Numbered from the stretch's first letter, positions 29,679 to 44,241 are shown. The stretch is DNA of 64,000 nucleotides from Thermodesulfobacteriota bacterium (GCA_965216785.1 OZ244197.1:352001-416000), one strand, 5' to 3'. A program made the numbers and translations. Notes: a model not told the origin generated them from the letters alone.

Positions 29679-29690
29679 TAAAGTTTGAGT

Positions 29691-32165
<2,475 letters not shown>

Positions 32166-32207
32166 CTACCTCCGTGCAAATGCTGGGTGGGGAACTAATG
32201 GACTTGT

Positions 32208-32236
32208 ATTATACCATGGCAGAGATAAAAAGTAAA
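32208..32236 (-). promoter_or_regulatory. Putative sigma70 promoter of gyrB (extended -10)
   Basis: Minus strand TTTACT-17 bp-TATAAT with a TGn extension (TGGTATAAT). Confidence 0.6.
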
Positions 32237-32345
32237 ATAAAATCAGGGGGTTTGATCACATTTCCGTCTCAAAATACTAGGCCGAAAAAGCTCATAAATT
32301 ATAGGGTGTTACAGCGGGGTCGAAGCGGACCCGCAGCGCTCTTCT

Positions 32346-32900
32346 CTAAAGCTTGGGAGGCGTGATGCCGACCTGGTTCTGATACTTCCCTTTTTTATCG
32401 GCGTAAGAGACTTCACATAGCTCATCAGATTCGAAAAACAGCACCTGCGCTATACCCTCGTTTGCGTAAATTTTTGCCGGAAGAGGGGTAGTATTTGATA
32501 TCTCCAAAGTCACAAAACCTTCCCATTCGGGCTCGAATGGAGTTACGTTTACGATTATACCGCACCTTGCGTAAGTGGACTTGCCTACACAAAGGGTTAT
32601 GGTGCTTCTGGGAATCCTAAAGTACTCGACCGTTCTGGCCAGCGCGAAAGAATTAGGAGGAATCATGCATATGTCCGACTTGATCTCCACAAAGGATTTA
32701 TCGTCAAAATCCTTGGGGTCGACAACCGAGTTGTGGACATTCGTGAATACCTTAAATTCATCGCTCACCCTGATGTCGTAACCGTATGCGGAAAGCCCGT
32801 AAGAAATGGATCCGTCTCTTACCTGCCCGTCTACAAAAGGCTCGATCATCTTGTGCTCTAATGCCATTTTTCTTATCCAGTGGTCGGGTCTTACTGACAT
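32346..32900 (-). CDS. dcd: dCTP deaminase
   Basis: [59 protein letters not shown]. Confidence 0.97.
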   Translation of the reverse strand: MSVRPDHWIRKMALEHKMIEPFVDGQVRDGSISYGLSAYGYDIRVSDEFKVFTNVHNSVVDPKDFDDKSFVEIKSDICMIPPNSFALARTVEYFRIPRSTITLCVGKSTYARCGIIVNVTPFEPEWEGFVTLEISNTTPLPAKIYANEGIAQVLFFESDELCEVSYADKKGKYQNQVGITPPKL

Positions 32901-32973
32901 ATCTCTTAGCTCCTTTAGGTTCTTATGCTATGAAATTTAGAGGCATAGTACCATAGATCGAAATTTTTCACAA

Positions 32974-33993
32974 TCACATAAACTGCTTTAAAAATCTGAT
33001 ATCGTTCTCAAAAAAGAGCCTGATATCGTTTATACCGAATTTAAGCATGGTAATCCGCTCAATACCCATTCCGAATGCAAACCCGCTGTATTTATCCGCG
33101 TCATAACCTACGCTCTTGTATACCTCCGGGTCTACCATTCCGCATCCTAGAATCTCAAGCCACCCGGTTTCCTTGCATACCCTGCAGCCCTGCCCTCCGC
33201 AAATTACGCACTCTATATCGACCTCCGCACTCGGCTCGGTAAAAGGGAAAAACGAGGGTCTGAACCGAACGCCCAAGTCTTCACCGAACACAAGCCTCAG
33301 AAACTCCGTTATTACCCCTTTAAGGTCACCAAAAGTAACATTCTCGTCCACAAGAAGCCCTTCTATCTGATGAAACATGGGAGTGTGGGATACGTCGCTG
33401 TCGCAGCGATAGACTCTACCGGGGGCGATTATTTTTACGGGCGGCTCCTGAGTCTCCATTACCCGTATCTGAACAGGAGAGGTATGGGTCCTCAGCACTA
33501 CTTCGTCTGAGACGTAGAAGGTATCCTGCATATCGCGAGCCGGGTGATTCCGGGGGATATTCAGGGCCTCAAAATTATAGTAGTCACTCTCAACCTCGGG
33601 GCCTTCGGCAACCTGAAACCCCATCCGCTGAAATATATCTATTATTTCTTCCATTACCTGCGTTACAGGGTGAAGCGCCCCCGATGTCACACCCCTTCCG
33701 GGAAGTGTGACATCGATTTTCTCTTGCGACAGGGCTTGTTTCTTCTTTTCATTTCTCAGGCTTTCAAATTTACTATCGAATAAGCCCTCGATGACAACCT
33801 TTGTTTCGTTTACGAGCTTACCCATTTTAGGCCGCTCGCTGTCCGAAAGGTCCTTCATGCCTTTTAGGATTTCAGTAAGGACGCCCTTTCTGCCGACGTA
33901 CTTAGCTTTAAGGTTTTGGAGCGTAGCTTCGTCCCCTACGCTTACAAGCGCGGCTTCTACCTCTTCTCGAAGTGCCTGAAGTTTTTCTTCCAT
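32974..33993 (-). CDS. pheS: Phenylalanine--tRNA ligase alpha subunit
   Basis: HPARDMQDTFY, LRTHTSPVQ, HTPMFHQ, RPSFFPFTEPS, GFAFGMGIER. Confidence 0.98.
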   Translation of the reverse strand: MEEKLQALREEVEAALVSVGDEATLQNLKAKYVGRKGVLTEILKGMKDLSDSERPKMGKLVNETKVVIEGLFDSKFESLRNEKKKQALSQEKIDVTLPGRGVTSGALHPVTQVMEEIIDIFQRMGFQVAEGPEVESDYYNFEALNIPRNHPARDMQDTFYVSDEVVLRTHTSPVQIRVMETQEPPVKIIAPGRVYRCDSDVSHTPMFHQIEGLLVDENVTFGDLKGVITEFLRLVFGEDLGVRFRPSFFPFTEPSAEVDIECVICGGQGCRVCKETGWLEILGCGMVDPEVYKSVGYDADKYSGFAFGMGIERITMLKFGINDIRLFFENDIRFLKQFM

Positions 33994-33995
33994 TC

Positions 33996-34502
33996 CTAAT
34001 TCCTTACAACAGAGACTATTGTAATTACTATCATTGCCATGCCTAACGCGCCTTTTGAAATGCTGCCTCCCATCCTTCCGAGAAACGCTCCCCAGCCTGA
34101 TTTCATTGCGCTGTCTAGCTTTTTTTGTATAAATAAATCAACTAAAAACGCCCCCACGAAAGCCCCTATGAATGCGCCGATGACGGCTCCTATGCCCAAA
34201 AAAAACGGTAGACCCATGATGCCGCCGGCGATTCCGAAAACGATGGAGCCTATGATTGCTTTATTACTGGCTTTATATTTCTTAGCACCGTAAATACCCA
34301 GCACAAACTCAATTAGCTCTCCTAGAAGCGCAAGCGCTGTAAGCACGAATAACACGGTGACCGTAACGTCGTGAAATCCCCCGTACCACGCGAGTAATAT
34401 TGAAGCGCCAAGGATTATATAATTACCCGGAAGTCCGAACACATGGGAAATTAAGCCGAAAAATGACACAAGTAAGAATAAGAAAAATATAACATAATCC
34501 AT
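33996..34502 (-). CDS. DUF456-like membrane protein
   Basis: Hydrophobic; LPG, G.KKY.AS, Gly-rich helix GAVIGAFIGAFVGA, GAFLGR. Confidence 0.8.
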   Translation of the reverse strand: MDYVIFFLFLLVSFFGLISHVFGLPGNYIILGASILLAWYGGFHDVTVTVLFVLTALALLGELIEFVLGIYGAKKYKASNKAIIGSIVFGIAGGIMGLPFFLGIGAVIGAFIGAFVGAFLVDLFIQKKLDSAMKSGWGAFLGRMGGSISKGALGMAMIVITIVSVVRN

Positions 34503-34542
34503 GACTTGATTAAGGGCTTTGACGAGCCCGCCTAAATACTGC

Positions 34543-35460
34543 TCAAGCGGCCTTGCCCTTTCTATGTCTCCAGAAAATTACAAATGAGCTGGCCACGAAT
34601 ATTGACGAGTAAGTACCCACAATCGCTCCTACTATGAGTGTGAAGGTGAAATCATGAATGACCGAGCCTCCCAAAATGAATAACGGTATAAGTACTAAGA
34701 ATACAGTAACACTCGTAAGAATCGTTCTGGAGAGAGTCTGATTTATACCTTCGTTGACAATTTCTCTGAAGCTTGTTTTTTCGCTCTTTTTGAGATTTTC
34801 CCTTATTCGGTCGAATATAACTATCGTGTCGTTCACAGAAAAACCGATCACTGTCAGAAGCGCCGCAACTATGGCGAGAGAGAACTCTTTATCCGTTATG
34901 GATATGGCACCGAGTGTAATAATAGTATCGTGTATAAGGGCTATAACGGCTCCCATGGCAAAGCCAAATTCAAAACGGAACATTATATATATGAGTATCC
35001 CTACACAGCCAAGCAGAATCGATATTATGGCTTTGGATATCAGCTCTGAGCCCACTCTGGGCCCGATGTAGTCGACCCTTAGTATGGAGCCCCCTTTAAA
35101 CTCGGGATTATCCTTCATTATCCCTTCGAGTTTTGATTGAAAACCCTGTATCTCATCAAATTTCACAGTGTCGGGTGAGAAGCGGATTAAATACTCGTTA
35201 TCACCCGTAAGCCCTAGCCTCTGAACAGCCTCAGGGGCGTAACCTGTGGATTCAAGGACTTTTTCTACCTGATTTAGCTGGAGGTCCTTCTGTAGCTTTA
35301 TATGTATTTCTGTGCCGCCCGTAAACTCAACTCCCCAATTTGGGCCTTTATGATAGATAAGAGATAGGATGGATATTATGATTAGGGCGATAGATATAAA
35401 AGACGCCTTCTTCATCATACCCACAAAGTTGACATGGGTGCCGGGTTTAATTAATTCCAA
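34543..35460 (-). CDS. secF: Protein translocase subunit SecF
   Basis: GVEFTGG, IGPRVGSEL, HD, GFSVNDTIVIFDRIREN, TLSRT, GTYSS. Confidence 0.96.
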   Translation of the reverse strand: MELIKPGTHVNFVGMMKKASFISIALIIISILSLIYHKGPNWGVEFTGGTEIHIKLQKDLQLNQVEKVLESTGYAPEAVQRLGLTGDNEYLIRFSPDTVKFDEIQGFQSKLEGIMKDNPEFKGGSILRVDYIGPRVGSELISKAIISILLGCVGILIYIMFRFEFGFAMGAVIALIHDTIITLGAISITDKEFSLAIVAALLTVIGFSVNDTIVIFDRIRENLKKSEKTSFREIVNEGINQTLSRTILTSVTVFLVLIPLFILGGSVIHDFTFTLIVGAIVGTYSSIFVASSFVIFWRHRKGKAA

Positions 35461-35485
35461 GTTAGTGAAACCTCCTCAAGTTCTC

Positions 35486-37084
35486 CTAAATACTAAGTGC
35501 CTGGACCTTTTTCTCCTGATATATCTGGTTAGTTATTACGCGGGCAACTACAACGTTACTGAAGACGGTCGAGATAATACCAATTGAGAGAGTAGCCGCG
35601 AAACCTTTAATCGGGCCCGTGCCGAACCAAAATAGAATGAGAGCTGTGATCAGGGTAGTTATATTCGCATCGAGCACTGTCCATAGGGACCTGCCGTAAC
35701 CGGCGTCAATTGCCGCAAGCGGAGATTTACCAACCCTGAGCTCCTCTTTTATCCTTTCGAAAATGATAATGTTGCCGTCTACCGCCATACCCAGAGTAAG
35801 CACAAGTCCAGCTATACCGGGCAGGGTCAGCGTTACGCCGAATGCCGAGAGAAAACCCATAATAAAGAGCATATTGAGGGCAAGCGCTACATCGGCCACG
35901 ACCCCCTGGAGCCTATAGAAAACAACCATAAATATAAATACGAGTATGCCGCCCACAATCATGGAAAGCTTTCCTTTGTCTATCGAGTCTTTTCCGAGAG
36001 ACGGCCCGACGGTCCTTTCCTGCTCAATAGTAACTGGTACGGGAAGAGCGCCTGAGCGCAGCACAAGGGCAAGGTCTTTTGCCTCATCTGTAGTGAAATC
36101 TCCGGTGATTCTGCCCTGTGAAGTGATCCGCTCCTGAATGACCGGGGCGGACTTAATTACTTCATCAAGAACTATCGCAAGCCTCTTGTCTATATTCTCC
36201 TCGGTAAGCACTCCGAACTTGCTCGCACCCTCGCCTTTAAAGTTAAAGCTGACTGCGGGTCTCCCAAGCTCATCGAAAGTGAGCCTCGCATCGGAAAGTG
36301 ACTCTCCTGTCACATGAGCTTCCGCATCGGTAATAAAGAAGAGCTCGTTTTCAGCCCCGGTATCTCCCGTATGCAATGCAAGACCTTGCTCCTCAAGCTC
36401 TTCGGGTGTTGTAACACCGTATTTCGCAAGAAGAACTTCTTGAGTGGGAGCTGAGTCCGTTACGATTTTGAACTGCAGCACGGCGGAGCGTTTAATGATA
36501 TCGATTATTCTTTGTCTGTCTTTTTCAGAGGCTCCGGGAACCTGTATGAGAATCCTATCGGCCCCCGCCTTTTGAATGGACGGCTCTACGAGTCCGAGCT
36601 CCCCAACACGGTTTTCTATTACCTGTTTCACCTGATCGATCGCGTTAGTCTCCGCATCGGATATATAAGACTGATTTAAGTCAAAGCTAAGAGACAAATC
36701 CTTTTCCTGAATATCGGATATCTGGCCGAAGTTGGTCTCGGCAACAGCTTTCGCCTTATCTAGGTCTGCTTTTGAGAAAAACTGAAGTGTAAGGGTATCA
36801 CCTGTTTTTTCAGAGCCTTTTATGAGGACCCTCTCACCCTTAAGCTCCGTGTTCATAAAGTCTTTAATACTTCCAAGCTCGTTCTCAACGGCTTTATCCG
36901 TGTCTACACCCAGGAGCAGGAATATGCCGCCCCTTAAGTCAAGCCCGAGTCTGATCCCTCTATCGGGGAACAGTCTTCCCCACCACCCCGGAAGTGAATC
37001 ACCCAGAAGCGTCGGGGTGAGCAGTATAAGGGACATAATAAACACTGCCATGATTGTAACTATCCAAGCTCGTGAAGCTCTCAT
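35486..37084 (-). CDS. secD: Protein translocase subunit SecD
   Basis: LGLDLRGG, LAIVLD, LRSGALP, VGPSLG, TLTLPGIAG, GMAVDGN..IFERIKEE. Confidence 0.97.
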   Translation of the reverse strand: MRASRAWIVTIMAVFIMSLILLTPTLLGDSLPGWWGRLFPDRGIRLGLDLRGGIFLLLGVDTDKAVENELGSIKDFMNTELKGERVLIKGSEKTGDTLTLQFFSKADLDKAKAVAETNFGQISDIQEKDLSLSFDLNQSYISDAETNAIDQVKQVIENRVGELGLVEPSIQKAGADRILIQVPGASEKDRQRIIDIIKRSAVLQFKIVTDSAPTQEVLLAKYGVTTPEELEEQGLALHTGDTGAENELFFITDAEAHVTGESLSDARLTFDELGRPAVSFNFKGEGASKFGVLTEENIDKRLAIVLDEVIKSAPVIQERITSQGRITGDFTTDEAKDLALVLRSGALPVPVTIEQERTVGPSLGKDSIDKGKLSMIVGGILVFIFMVVFYRLQGVVADVALALNMLFIMGFLSAFGVTLTLPGIAGLVLTLGMAVDGNIIIFERIKEELRVGKSPLAAIDAGYGRSLWTVLDANITTLITALILFWFGTGPIKGFAATLSIGIISTVFSNVVVARVITNQIYQEKKVQALSI

Positions 37085-37104
37085 ATGTTAGGTTATTCCT
37101 CCTG

Positions 37105-38639
<1,535 letters not shown>

Positions 38640-39440
38640 TTATAATTCAAGCACGTCCTTCATCGTGTAGAGCCCCGGGGATTTTCCGTAAATCCACCTC
38701 ACCGCCCTCACTACTCCTTTAGCGAAATTGTCGCGGTTCATAGCCCTGTGTGTAAGCTCTAAACGCTCTCCGTCTCCAAAGAACATCACCGTGTGCTCAC
38801 CAACGGTGTCTCCACCCCTTACTGACTGAAGCCCAATCTCCTTGTCACCTCTTTTCCCTATCCTGCCGTGGCGCTCGAACCTGGCTGTGCTTTGAAAGTC
38901 CCAACCCAGCCCCTTTGCCGCGGCCTCTCCCAGCCCGAGCGCTGTTCCGCTCGGAGAATCGGCCTTTAAATTATGATGCGCTTCAACTATCTCAATATCG
39001 TATTCCTCACCCAGAACCTCGGCAATCTGCTTTGTGATTTCGAACATTACGTTTACCCCAATGCTCATATTGGGAGCGAATACACAGGGAAAACTCTCTG
39101 CGAGCTCAAACAATCTGTCTTTTTCAGTATCTTCAAAACCGGTAGTGCCGATTACCATTGATTTACTAAGAGTTTTTGCAAGCTCAGCGTTCTTCAAAGT
39201 TGCGGAAGGAGAAGTGAAGTCAACTATAACGTCGGCGTCGGCAGAGGCTTGGCTCAAGTCTGAAGAGACGGTGACGCCGATTTTCCCCTCCCCCGCCAAA
39301 GCGCCCGCATCACTGCCGATGGACCCGTGGCCCGGGGCCTCTGTTGCGCCCACTATTTCTATGTCCTTGGCCTGATTGAGAAAATGAAGTATGCGGAGCC
39401 CCATTCTTCCGGCTGCACCGGTGACTGCTACCTTAACCAT
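38640..39440 (-). CDS. dapB: 4-hydroxy-tetrahydrodipicolinate reductase
   Basis: GAAGRMG, VDFT, GTTG, APNMSIG, EAHHNLKADSPSGTA, GEHTV. Confidence 0.97.
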   Translation of the reverse strand: MVKVAVTGAAGRMGLRILHFLNQAKDIEIVGATEAPGHGSIGSDAGALAGEGKIGVTVSSDLSQASADADVIVDFTSPSATLKNAELAKTLSKSMVIGTTGFEDTEKDRLFELAESFPCVFAPNMSIGVNVMFEITKQIAEVLGEEYDIEIVEAHHNLKADSPSGTALGLGEAAAKGLGWDFQSTARFERHGRIGKRGDKEIGLQSVRGGDTVGEHTVMFFGDGERLELTHRAMNRDNFAKGVVRAVRWIYGKSPGLYTMKDVLEL

Positions 39441-39442
39441 AA

Positions 39443-39973
39443 CTATTCAATGACCTCAATCACGGGCTCTTGAATCTCTATCACAGGCTCTTGCTCTACC
39501 TCTATACAGCCTTCTATGCAGCTATCGGACGTAATAAGCCACTTGTCCTCAAAAACCCCAAGTGAATATTGGCTCGTTTGATTGAGGTTTATCAGACTTC
39601 CTGAAGTCGGTGATTTGCGCTGTGTGCTAAGCTCGACCACCACAGTAGAAGTCCTGTCATAAATCTGTGTAGCCAGCATGCGGTAGCTAATTAGCGAAAA
39701 ATTATTGTCTGATAAAGTATTTTTCATCTGATTTATATATCCCGCTTTGTCGGTGTAGGGAACACTCACGTATTTGTAAGCCTTATCATAATTTTCGCGC
39801 TTAATGGCATTCAAATAATCTTTTACTACCTCGGTCGGAGTCGGTTTTATATCCTTACGCTTGACCTCCGGGATGTCCGCTATATATTCAGGCTCTGATT
39901 TTTTCCCGCAGGCGATGACCGGAATTAGAAGAAGCAGTGTAAGCAGCGACAGCTTCCTCAAGTTGTTAATCAT
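39443..39973 (-). CDS. Lipoprotein, NTF2/DUF4878-like
   Basis: Lipobox VIAC; TPTEVVKDYLNAIKRENYDKAYKY...KWLI; likely start MINNL (the ORF track extends to 40021). Confidence 0.6.
   Translation of the reverse strand: MINNLRKLSLLTLLLLIPVIACGKKSEPEYIADIPEVKRKDIKPTPTEVVKDYLNAIKRENYDKAYKYVSVPYTDKAGYINQMKNTLSDNNFSLISYRMLATQIYDRTSTVVVELSTQRKSPTSGSLINLNQTSQYSLGVFEDKWLITSDSCIEGCIEVEQEPVIEIQEPVIEVIE
39456..39493. repeat. 21-bp-period tandem duplication encoding QEPVIE twice
   Basis: tcaatcacgggctcttg at 39456 and tctatcacaggctcttg at 39477; protein tail EQEPVIEIQEPVIEVIE. Confidence 0.7.
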
Positions 39974-40173
39974 GATTTTCTGATTATACCTGTTCATTTG
40001 TGGAATAGAATAAGTCGGCATGTGCCATATTTCAAGAAATTTTCCACATTGCCGGGATCCGCACTACTATCAACCCGGGTGATTTATGAAGTATCATTAT
40101 ATAAAGTCTTCACCGGGGACCTCTTCTAAAGCCTCCGAGATAAGGGAATGCCATCTAATTTAGCGACTTAATT

Positions 40174-40701
40174 ATGAGCATACTAAAAGAACCAAAACCC
40201 GTTTATTTATTTACGGCGATTATATATAAACCCGATTCAGAGCTTGATGACTGCATAAAAGCCCTGAATAGCAAGTTTGGGGAAGTAGATTTTGAAAGCC
40301 CCGCACTCCCCTTTGAGGGGACTTCTTATTACGAGAGTGAGATGGGTAAAGAGCTCAAGAGAAAAATAATCACTTTTCAAAGACTCATAGCGCGCGATAA
40401 ACTCAAGCAAGTAAAAGTGTTTACCCAGGGCTTGGAAGAAAAATTCTCGGAGAACGGGCATAGGACGATAAACATCGATCCCGGATACATTGCCCAGGAG
40501 CATGTGGTTCTGGCCACGGGTAAGGGCTTTGCACACAGGCCTTATCTGGGAGAAGGCGTATACGCAGACCTTACGCTAATCTATAGGGGAGATGAATACT
40601 CTACACTTGAGTGGACTTACCCTGACTACGGGAATAGTGAAATGAGAGCTCTGTTTCAAAGACTAAGGAAAAAGTATGAAGGCAAACTGAACCCGGATTG
40701 A
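40174..40701 (+). CDS. DUF4416 family protein
   Basis: F..TSYYE.EMG, RTINIDPGYI, VLATGK..HRPYL..GVYA, WTYPDY. Confidence 0.85.
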   Translation: MSILKEPKPVYLFTAIIYKPDSELDDCIKALNSKFGEVDFESPALPFEGTSYYESEMGKELKRKIITFQRLIARDKLKQVKVFTQGLEEKFSENGHRTINIDPGYIAQEHVVLATGKGFAHRPYLGEGVYADLTLIYRGDEYSTLEWTYPDYGNSEMRALFQRLRKKYEGKLNPD

Positions 40702-40785
40702 CAAAGACTCAATAAAAAATGTATTGTATCTGACACTCTATACGGCCTGATGCCGGGCTCTACTAAGCCTTACGAGGAAAGTCAC

Positions 40786-41655
40786 ATGAAAAGCATGACC
40801 GGATTTGGAAAAAGCGAAAGAGAGACTAAAAACGGCAAGATAACCATCGAAGCTCGCTCTGAAAATCATAGATTCCTTGACATTAAACTCCAGATTCCCG
40901 AATCTGTAATGTCCATTGAGCCTGAGCTTTCGGAATACGTTAAAAAGGTAATCCGGCGAGGTAAAGTAAGGGTAACTGTATCTATAGAGGGGAAAAGACA
41001 AAACTCCTCAGCCCTTGACCTGGATATTGCCCGTGAATCAAAGAGAACTCTTGAGAAGCTAAAGAAAGAGCTTCAAATAAAAGAGGATATACGTCTTGAG
41101 CATTTGCTTGCTATTAAGGAGATATTCCCCTCTGAGTCAGGCTCGCCTTTGAATCGGAGTCAGATATCGGCCCTAAAGAAAACACTGGCAAGCGCGATCC
41201 AAAAGCTTGATGACTCGAGAAAAATTGAAGGCGGCAAGCTCGAGAAAGACCTTCGTCAGAGAATCGGAAAAATCGAGCGCCTTACAAAGAAAATAACCAC
41301 AAAAAGAAAAGAGTTTATGAAAACCGCATCGGCCAAATTGAAAGAGAGAATTGAGAAAATTCTCGAGGACACTCAAATCGACGAAGGGCGTCTTTACCAG
41401 GAAACCGCATTTTTAGCAGAAAGAAGCGATATTACCGAAGAGCTGGTAAGACTAAACGCTCACATAGGCAAATTCAGGGAGACCCTGAAACAGTCGGGCT
41501 CAGTGGGTAAGGAGCTCGATTTCCTCCTTCAGGAGATGAACCGTGAATCGGGCACTATCTCGGCAAAATCCAAAGACGCTTCAATTTCTCACATATCTAT
41601 CGAGTTCCGCTCGGAGCTTGAGAAGATAAGAGAACAGGTTCAGAATATAGAATAG
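40786..41655 (+). CDS. yicC: YicC/YloC family endoribonuclease
   Basis: MKSMTGFG, SENHRFLD, RGKV, DITEELVRL, GKELDFLLQEMNRE, IREQVQNIE; start chosen after GAGGA. Confidence 0.93.
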   Translation: MKSMTGFGKSERETKNGKITIEARSENHRFLDIKLQIPESVMSIEPELSEYVKKVIRRGKVRVTVSIEGKRQNSSALDLDIARESKRTLEKLKKELQIKEDIRLEHLLAIKEIFPSESGSPLNRSQISALKKTLASAIQKLDDSRKIEGGKLEKDLRQRIGKIERLTKKITTKRKEFMKTASAKLKERIEKILEDTQIDEGRLYQETAFLAERSDITEELVRLNAHIGKFRETLKQSGSVGKELDFLLQEMNRESGTISAKSKDASISHISIEFRSELEKIREQVQNIE

Positions 41656-41844
41656 TAACAACCCAATTGTCCGGCCATGCCTTGGCTTTAGGTACCCTGC
41701 GTCTTAAGCACAAAACCATACATAGCATGAAAGTTGCAAGTTTTAAACACTATGCTATGATTTCTTGGTTTTCAAATAAGGATTATTTGATTTATAGAGA
41801 TTCCATTTTGTTAGCATCTCGCCATAAAAAAGGAGTAATTGATA

Positions 41845-42714
41845 ATGAGCATCCTAGTGAATAAAGACAGTAAAGTTATCGTCCAAGGCATTACTGGAAG
41901 CGCGGGCCTTTTTCACGCGACCCAGTGCCGAGAGTACGGCACCCAGGTAGTGGGCGGAGTAACGCCTGGTAAAGGGGGAACGGACGTGGACGGGTTTCCG
42001 GTATTCGACACTGTGTCTAAAGCGGTTGCGAGCACTGGAGCTAATACTTCACTGATATTCGTCCCTGCTCCTTTTTGCCTGGATTCGATGATAGAGGCTA
42101 TTGACGCCGGAGTGGAGCTCGTTATCTGCATAACCGAGGGCATACCCACACTCGATATGATTAAGGTAAAGAAGTACATGGAGGGGAAGGACGTAAGACT
42201 GATCGGACCCAACTGTCCGGGAGTTATGACCCCTGGAGAGGCCAAAGTGGGCATTATGCCGGGTTACATACACACCCCGGGGAGGATAGGGATCATTTCA
42301 AGAAGCGGCACACTTACTTATGAGGCCGTGTGGCAGCTTTCTAACCTGGGGATAGGACAGTCTACCTCTGTGGGCATTGGCGGAGACCCCGTAATCGGCT
42401 CTACTTTTATCGACATTTTAGGTCTCTTTGAAGAAGACGACGACACCGATGCTGTTGTGATGATAGGAGAGATCGGCGGAAGCGCCGAGGAAGAGGCGGC
42501 TGAGTTTATAAAGGACAACATGTCAAAACCCGTAGTAGCGTTCATTGCGGGAGCTACAGCTCCTAAGGGAAAAAGGATGGGACACGCGGGAGCGATCATA
42601 TCCGGAAGCTCCGGAAGCGCAAAGGATAAAGTGGCCGCGCTCGAGCGGGCAGGTGTTACGGTGTGTCCGAGCCCTGCTGAAATGGGCGAGACGCTACAGG
42701 CCAGAATCGCTTAG
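41845..42714 (+). CDS. sucD: Succinate--CoA ligase alpha subunit
   Basis: [45 protein letters not shown]. Confidence 0.97.
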   Translation: MSILVNKDSKVIVQGITGSAGLFHATQCREYGTQVVGGVTPGKGGTDVDGFPVFDTVSKAVASTGANTSLIFVPAPFCLDSMIEAIDAGVELVICITEGIPTLDMIKVKKYMEGKDVRLIGPNCPGVMTPGEAKVGIMPGYIHTPGRIGIISRSGTLTYEAVWQLSNLGIGQSTSVGIGGDPVIGSTFIDILGLFEEDDDTDAVVMIGEIGGSAEEEAAEFIKDNMSKPVVAFIAGATAPKGKRMGHAGAIISGSSGSAKDKVAALERAGVTVCPSPAEMGETLQARIA

Positions 42715-42725
42715 AATAAGCAGGT

Positions 42726-43685
42726 TCAGACGGCCTGATTGTACAGCTCTTTATTTTCCACCAGCCAATCGTAGTGCTTTGATATTCCCTCTGCAATACT
42801 TATCTTAGGAGAGTAAGAAAGATCCTTTTCCGCCTTTGATATATCGGCGAACGTGTGCTTGGCGTCCCCTCTTTGAGTATCGGCATATTTTATTTTTGCT
42901 GCCCTTCCCACTACTTCCTCGATTATTTTTATGGCATCGCTAAGAATGATTCTGCTTCCCCCGCCGATGTTGTAAATCCCCCCGGGCCTGCCATTATCAA
43001 GAGCTTGCATATTGGCCGTAACTGCGTCACTTACAAACGTGAAATCTCTTGTTTGCTCACCGGTGCCGTAGATCTCGATCTCCTCACCGTTCATTACAGC
43101 GCTTATAAATTTATGAAACGCCATGTCGGGACGCTGCCTCGGACCGTAAACCGTAAAGTACCTGAGGGACACCGTGGGGATACCGTATCCCGTATGGTAA
43201 AGAGAAACCAAATGCTCGCCGGCAAGCTTCGTCACTCCGTAAGGAGAGACGGGTCTTTGAGGGGAGTTTTCCGTAATAGGGAGGTCCTGGGCGTCACCGT
43301 ATACCGAGGAGGAGGAAGCGTAAATAAATTTCTTAAGGTCTTTGCCCTTAGAAGCTTCGAGCAGGAGTTGAGTTGCCAGGACGTTATTATTAACATAATC
43401 CTTGAATTTCTTTCCCCAGCTTGATCTGACACCGGCAAGGGCCGCCTGATGGAAAACAGCGTCCACCCCGGAGATTAAACTGTTAAGATCTAGCTCCGCG
43501 AGGTCTCCTTGGATAAACTCAAACCCACTGTGAGCGAGAAGTCCCTTCAGATTATTCTCTTTTATTCTCTTCGGATAGTAATCGAAAAATGAATCTACCC
43601 CTAAAACTTCATATCCGCCGGCTATCAGCCTTTCAGTCAGATGAGAGCCGATAAAGCCTGCAACTCCCGTAACAAGAACTCGCAT
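42726..43685 (-). CDS. NAD-dependent nucleotide-sugar epimerase/dehydratase (UDP-glucuronate 4-epimerase-like)
   Basis: GVAGFIG, ASSSSVYG, YGVTK, RYFTVYGPRQRPDMA. Confidence 0.92.
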   Translation of the reverse strand: MRVLVTGVAGFIGSHLTERLIAGGYEVLGVDSFFDYYPKRIKENNLKGLLAHSGFEFIQGDLAELDLNSLISGVDAVFHQAALAGVRSSWGKKFKDYVNNNVLATQLLLEASKGKDLKKFIYASSSSVYGDAQDLPITENSPQRPVSPYGVTKLAGEHLVSLYHTGYGIPTVSLRYFTVYGPRQRPDMAFHKFISAVMNGEEIEIYGTGEQTRDFTFVSDAVTANMQALDNGRPGGIYNIGGGSRIILSDAIKIIEEVVGRAAKIKYADTQRGDAKHTFADISKAEKDLSYSPKISIAEGISKHYDWLVENKELYNQAV

Positions 43686-43779
43686 ATAGGATTCATCTCC
43701 CGCTTGATTGATCTATTAAAATTGCGTCGTTATACAATTTGACAAAGCACAAAACACCAATAACAATTGTACTAATCTC

Positions 43780-44241
43780 ATGAAACGCAAGATTAAAGCA
43801 ACACTTAGTTTACTCGTATTATCACTGAGTTTAAATACCGCGGGCGCACTTCCACCCCCATGTACCCAGGATGAGCTACTAGACACATCGGAATACGCGG
43901 TAGAGGGCACAGTGATGAAAGTAGTGTGCTCAGAGCCCTACGATTCTAACGAGTGCAAGCCCGGGGCGGATGAAAAAGTTGTATTTGTGCCAGAGCTCTT
44001 TTCAAACTGCGCAGCCACGATACTGGTCTCTAAAAACCTAAAAGGCAGCCACGAAGCGGGAGAAAAAGTTGTGATTCCTTACGTGCGGGTCGCTAGGGCG
44101 TGCAGCGGAGGCACTCATATAATTCCGGGCAGTCCGACCAGCGAGCTTAGTATCGGGACCGTTATCAAATACTATAAATCCGAGCAGTGCAGGTACTGGA
44201 ATATAGAGAAGATTGAGGAGCCTGCTTCTACACAGGAGTAA
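43780..44241 (+). CDS. Secreted Cys-rich hypothetical protein (possible TIMP/NTR-like beta-barrel)
   Basis: Signal peptide ending AGA; PPPCTQDELLDTSEYAVEGTV...V.KNLKG; 6 Cys. Confidence 0.6.
   Translation: MKRKIKATLSLLVLSLSLNTAGALPPPCTQDELLDTSEYAVEGTVMKVVCSEPYDSNECKPGADEKVVFVPELFSNCAATILVSKNLKGSHEAGEKVVIPYVRVARACSGGTHIIPGSPTSELSIGTVIKYYKSEQCRYWNIEKIEEPASTQE

Noticed and set aside
41667-41864. 65-aa ORF and sigma54-like TAGCATGAAAGTTGCA (41723-41738) upstream of sucD
   Set aside because: The ORF has a TTG start without SD and overlaps sucD; the motif lacks the invariant GG at -24.
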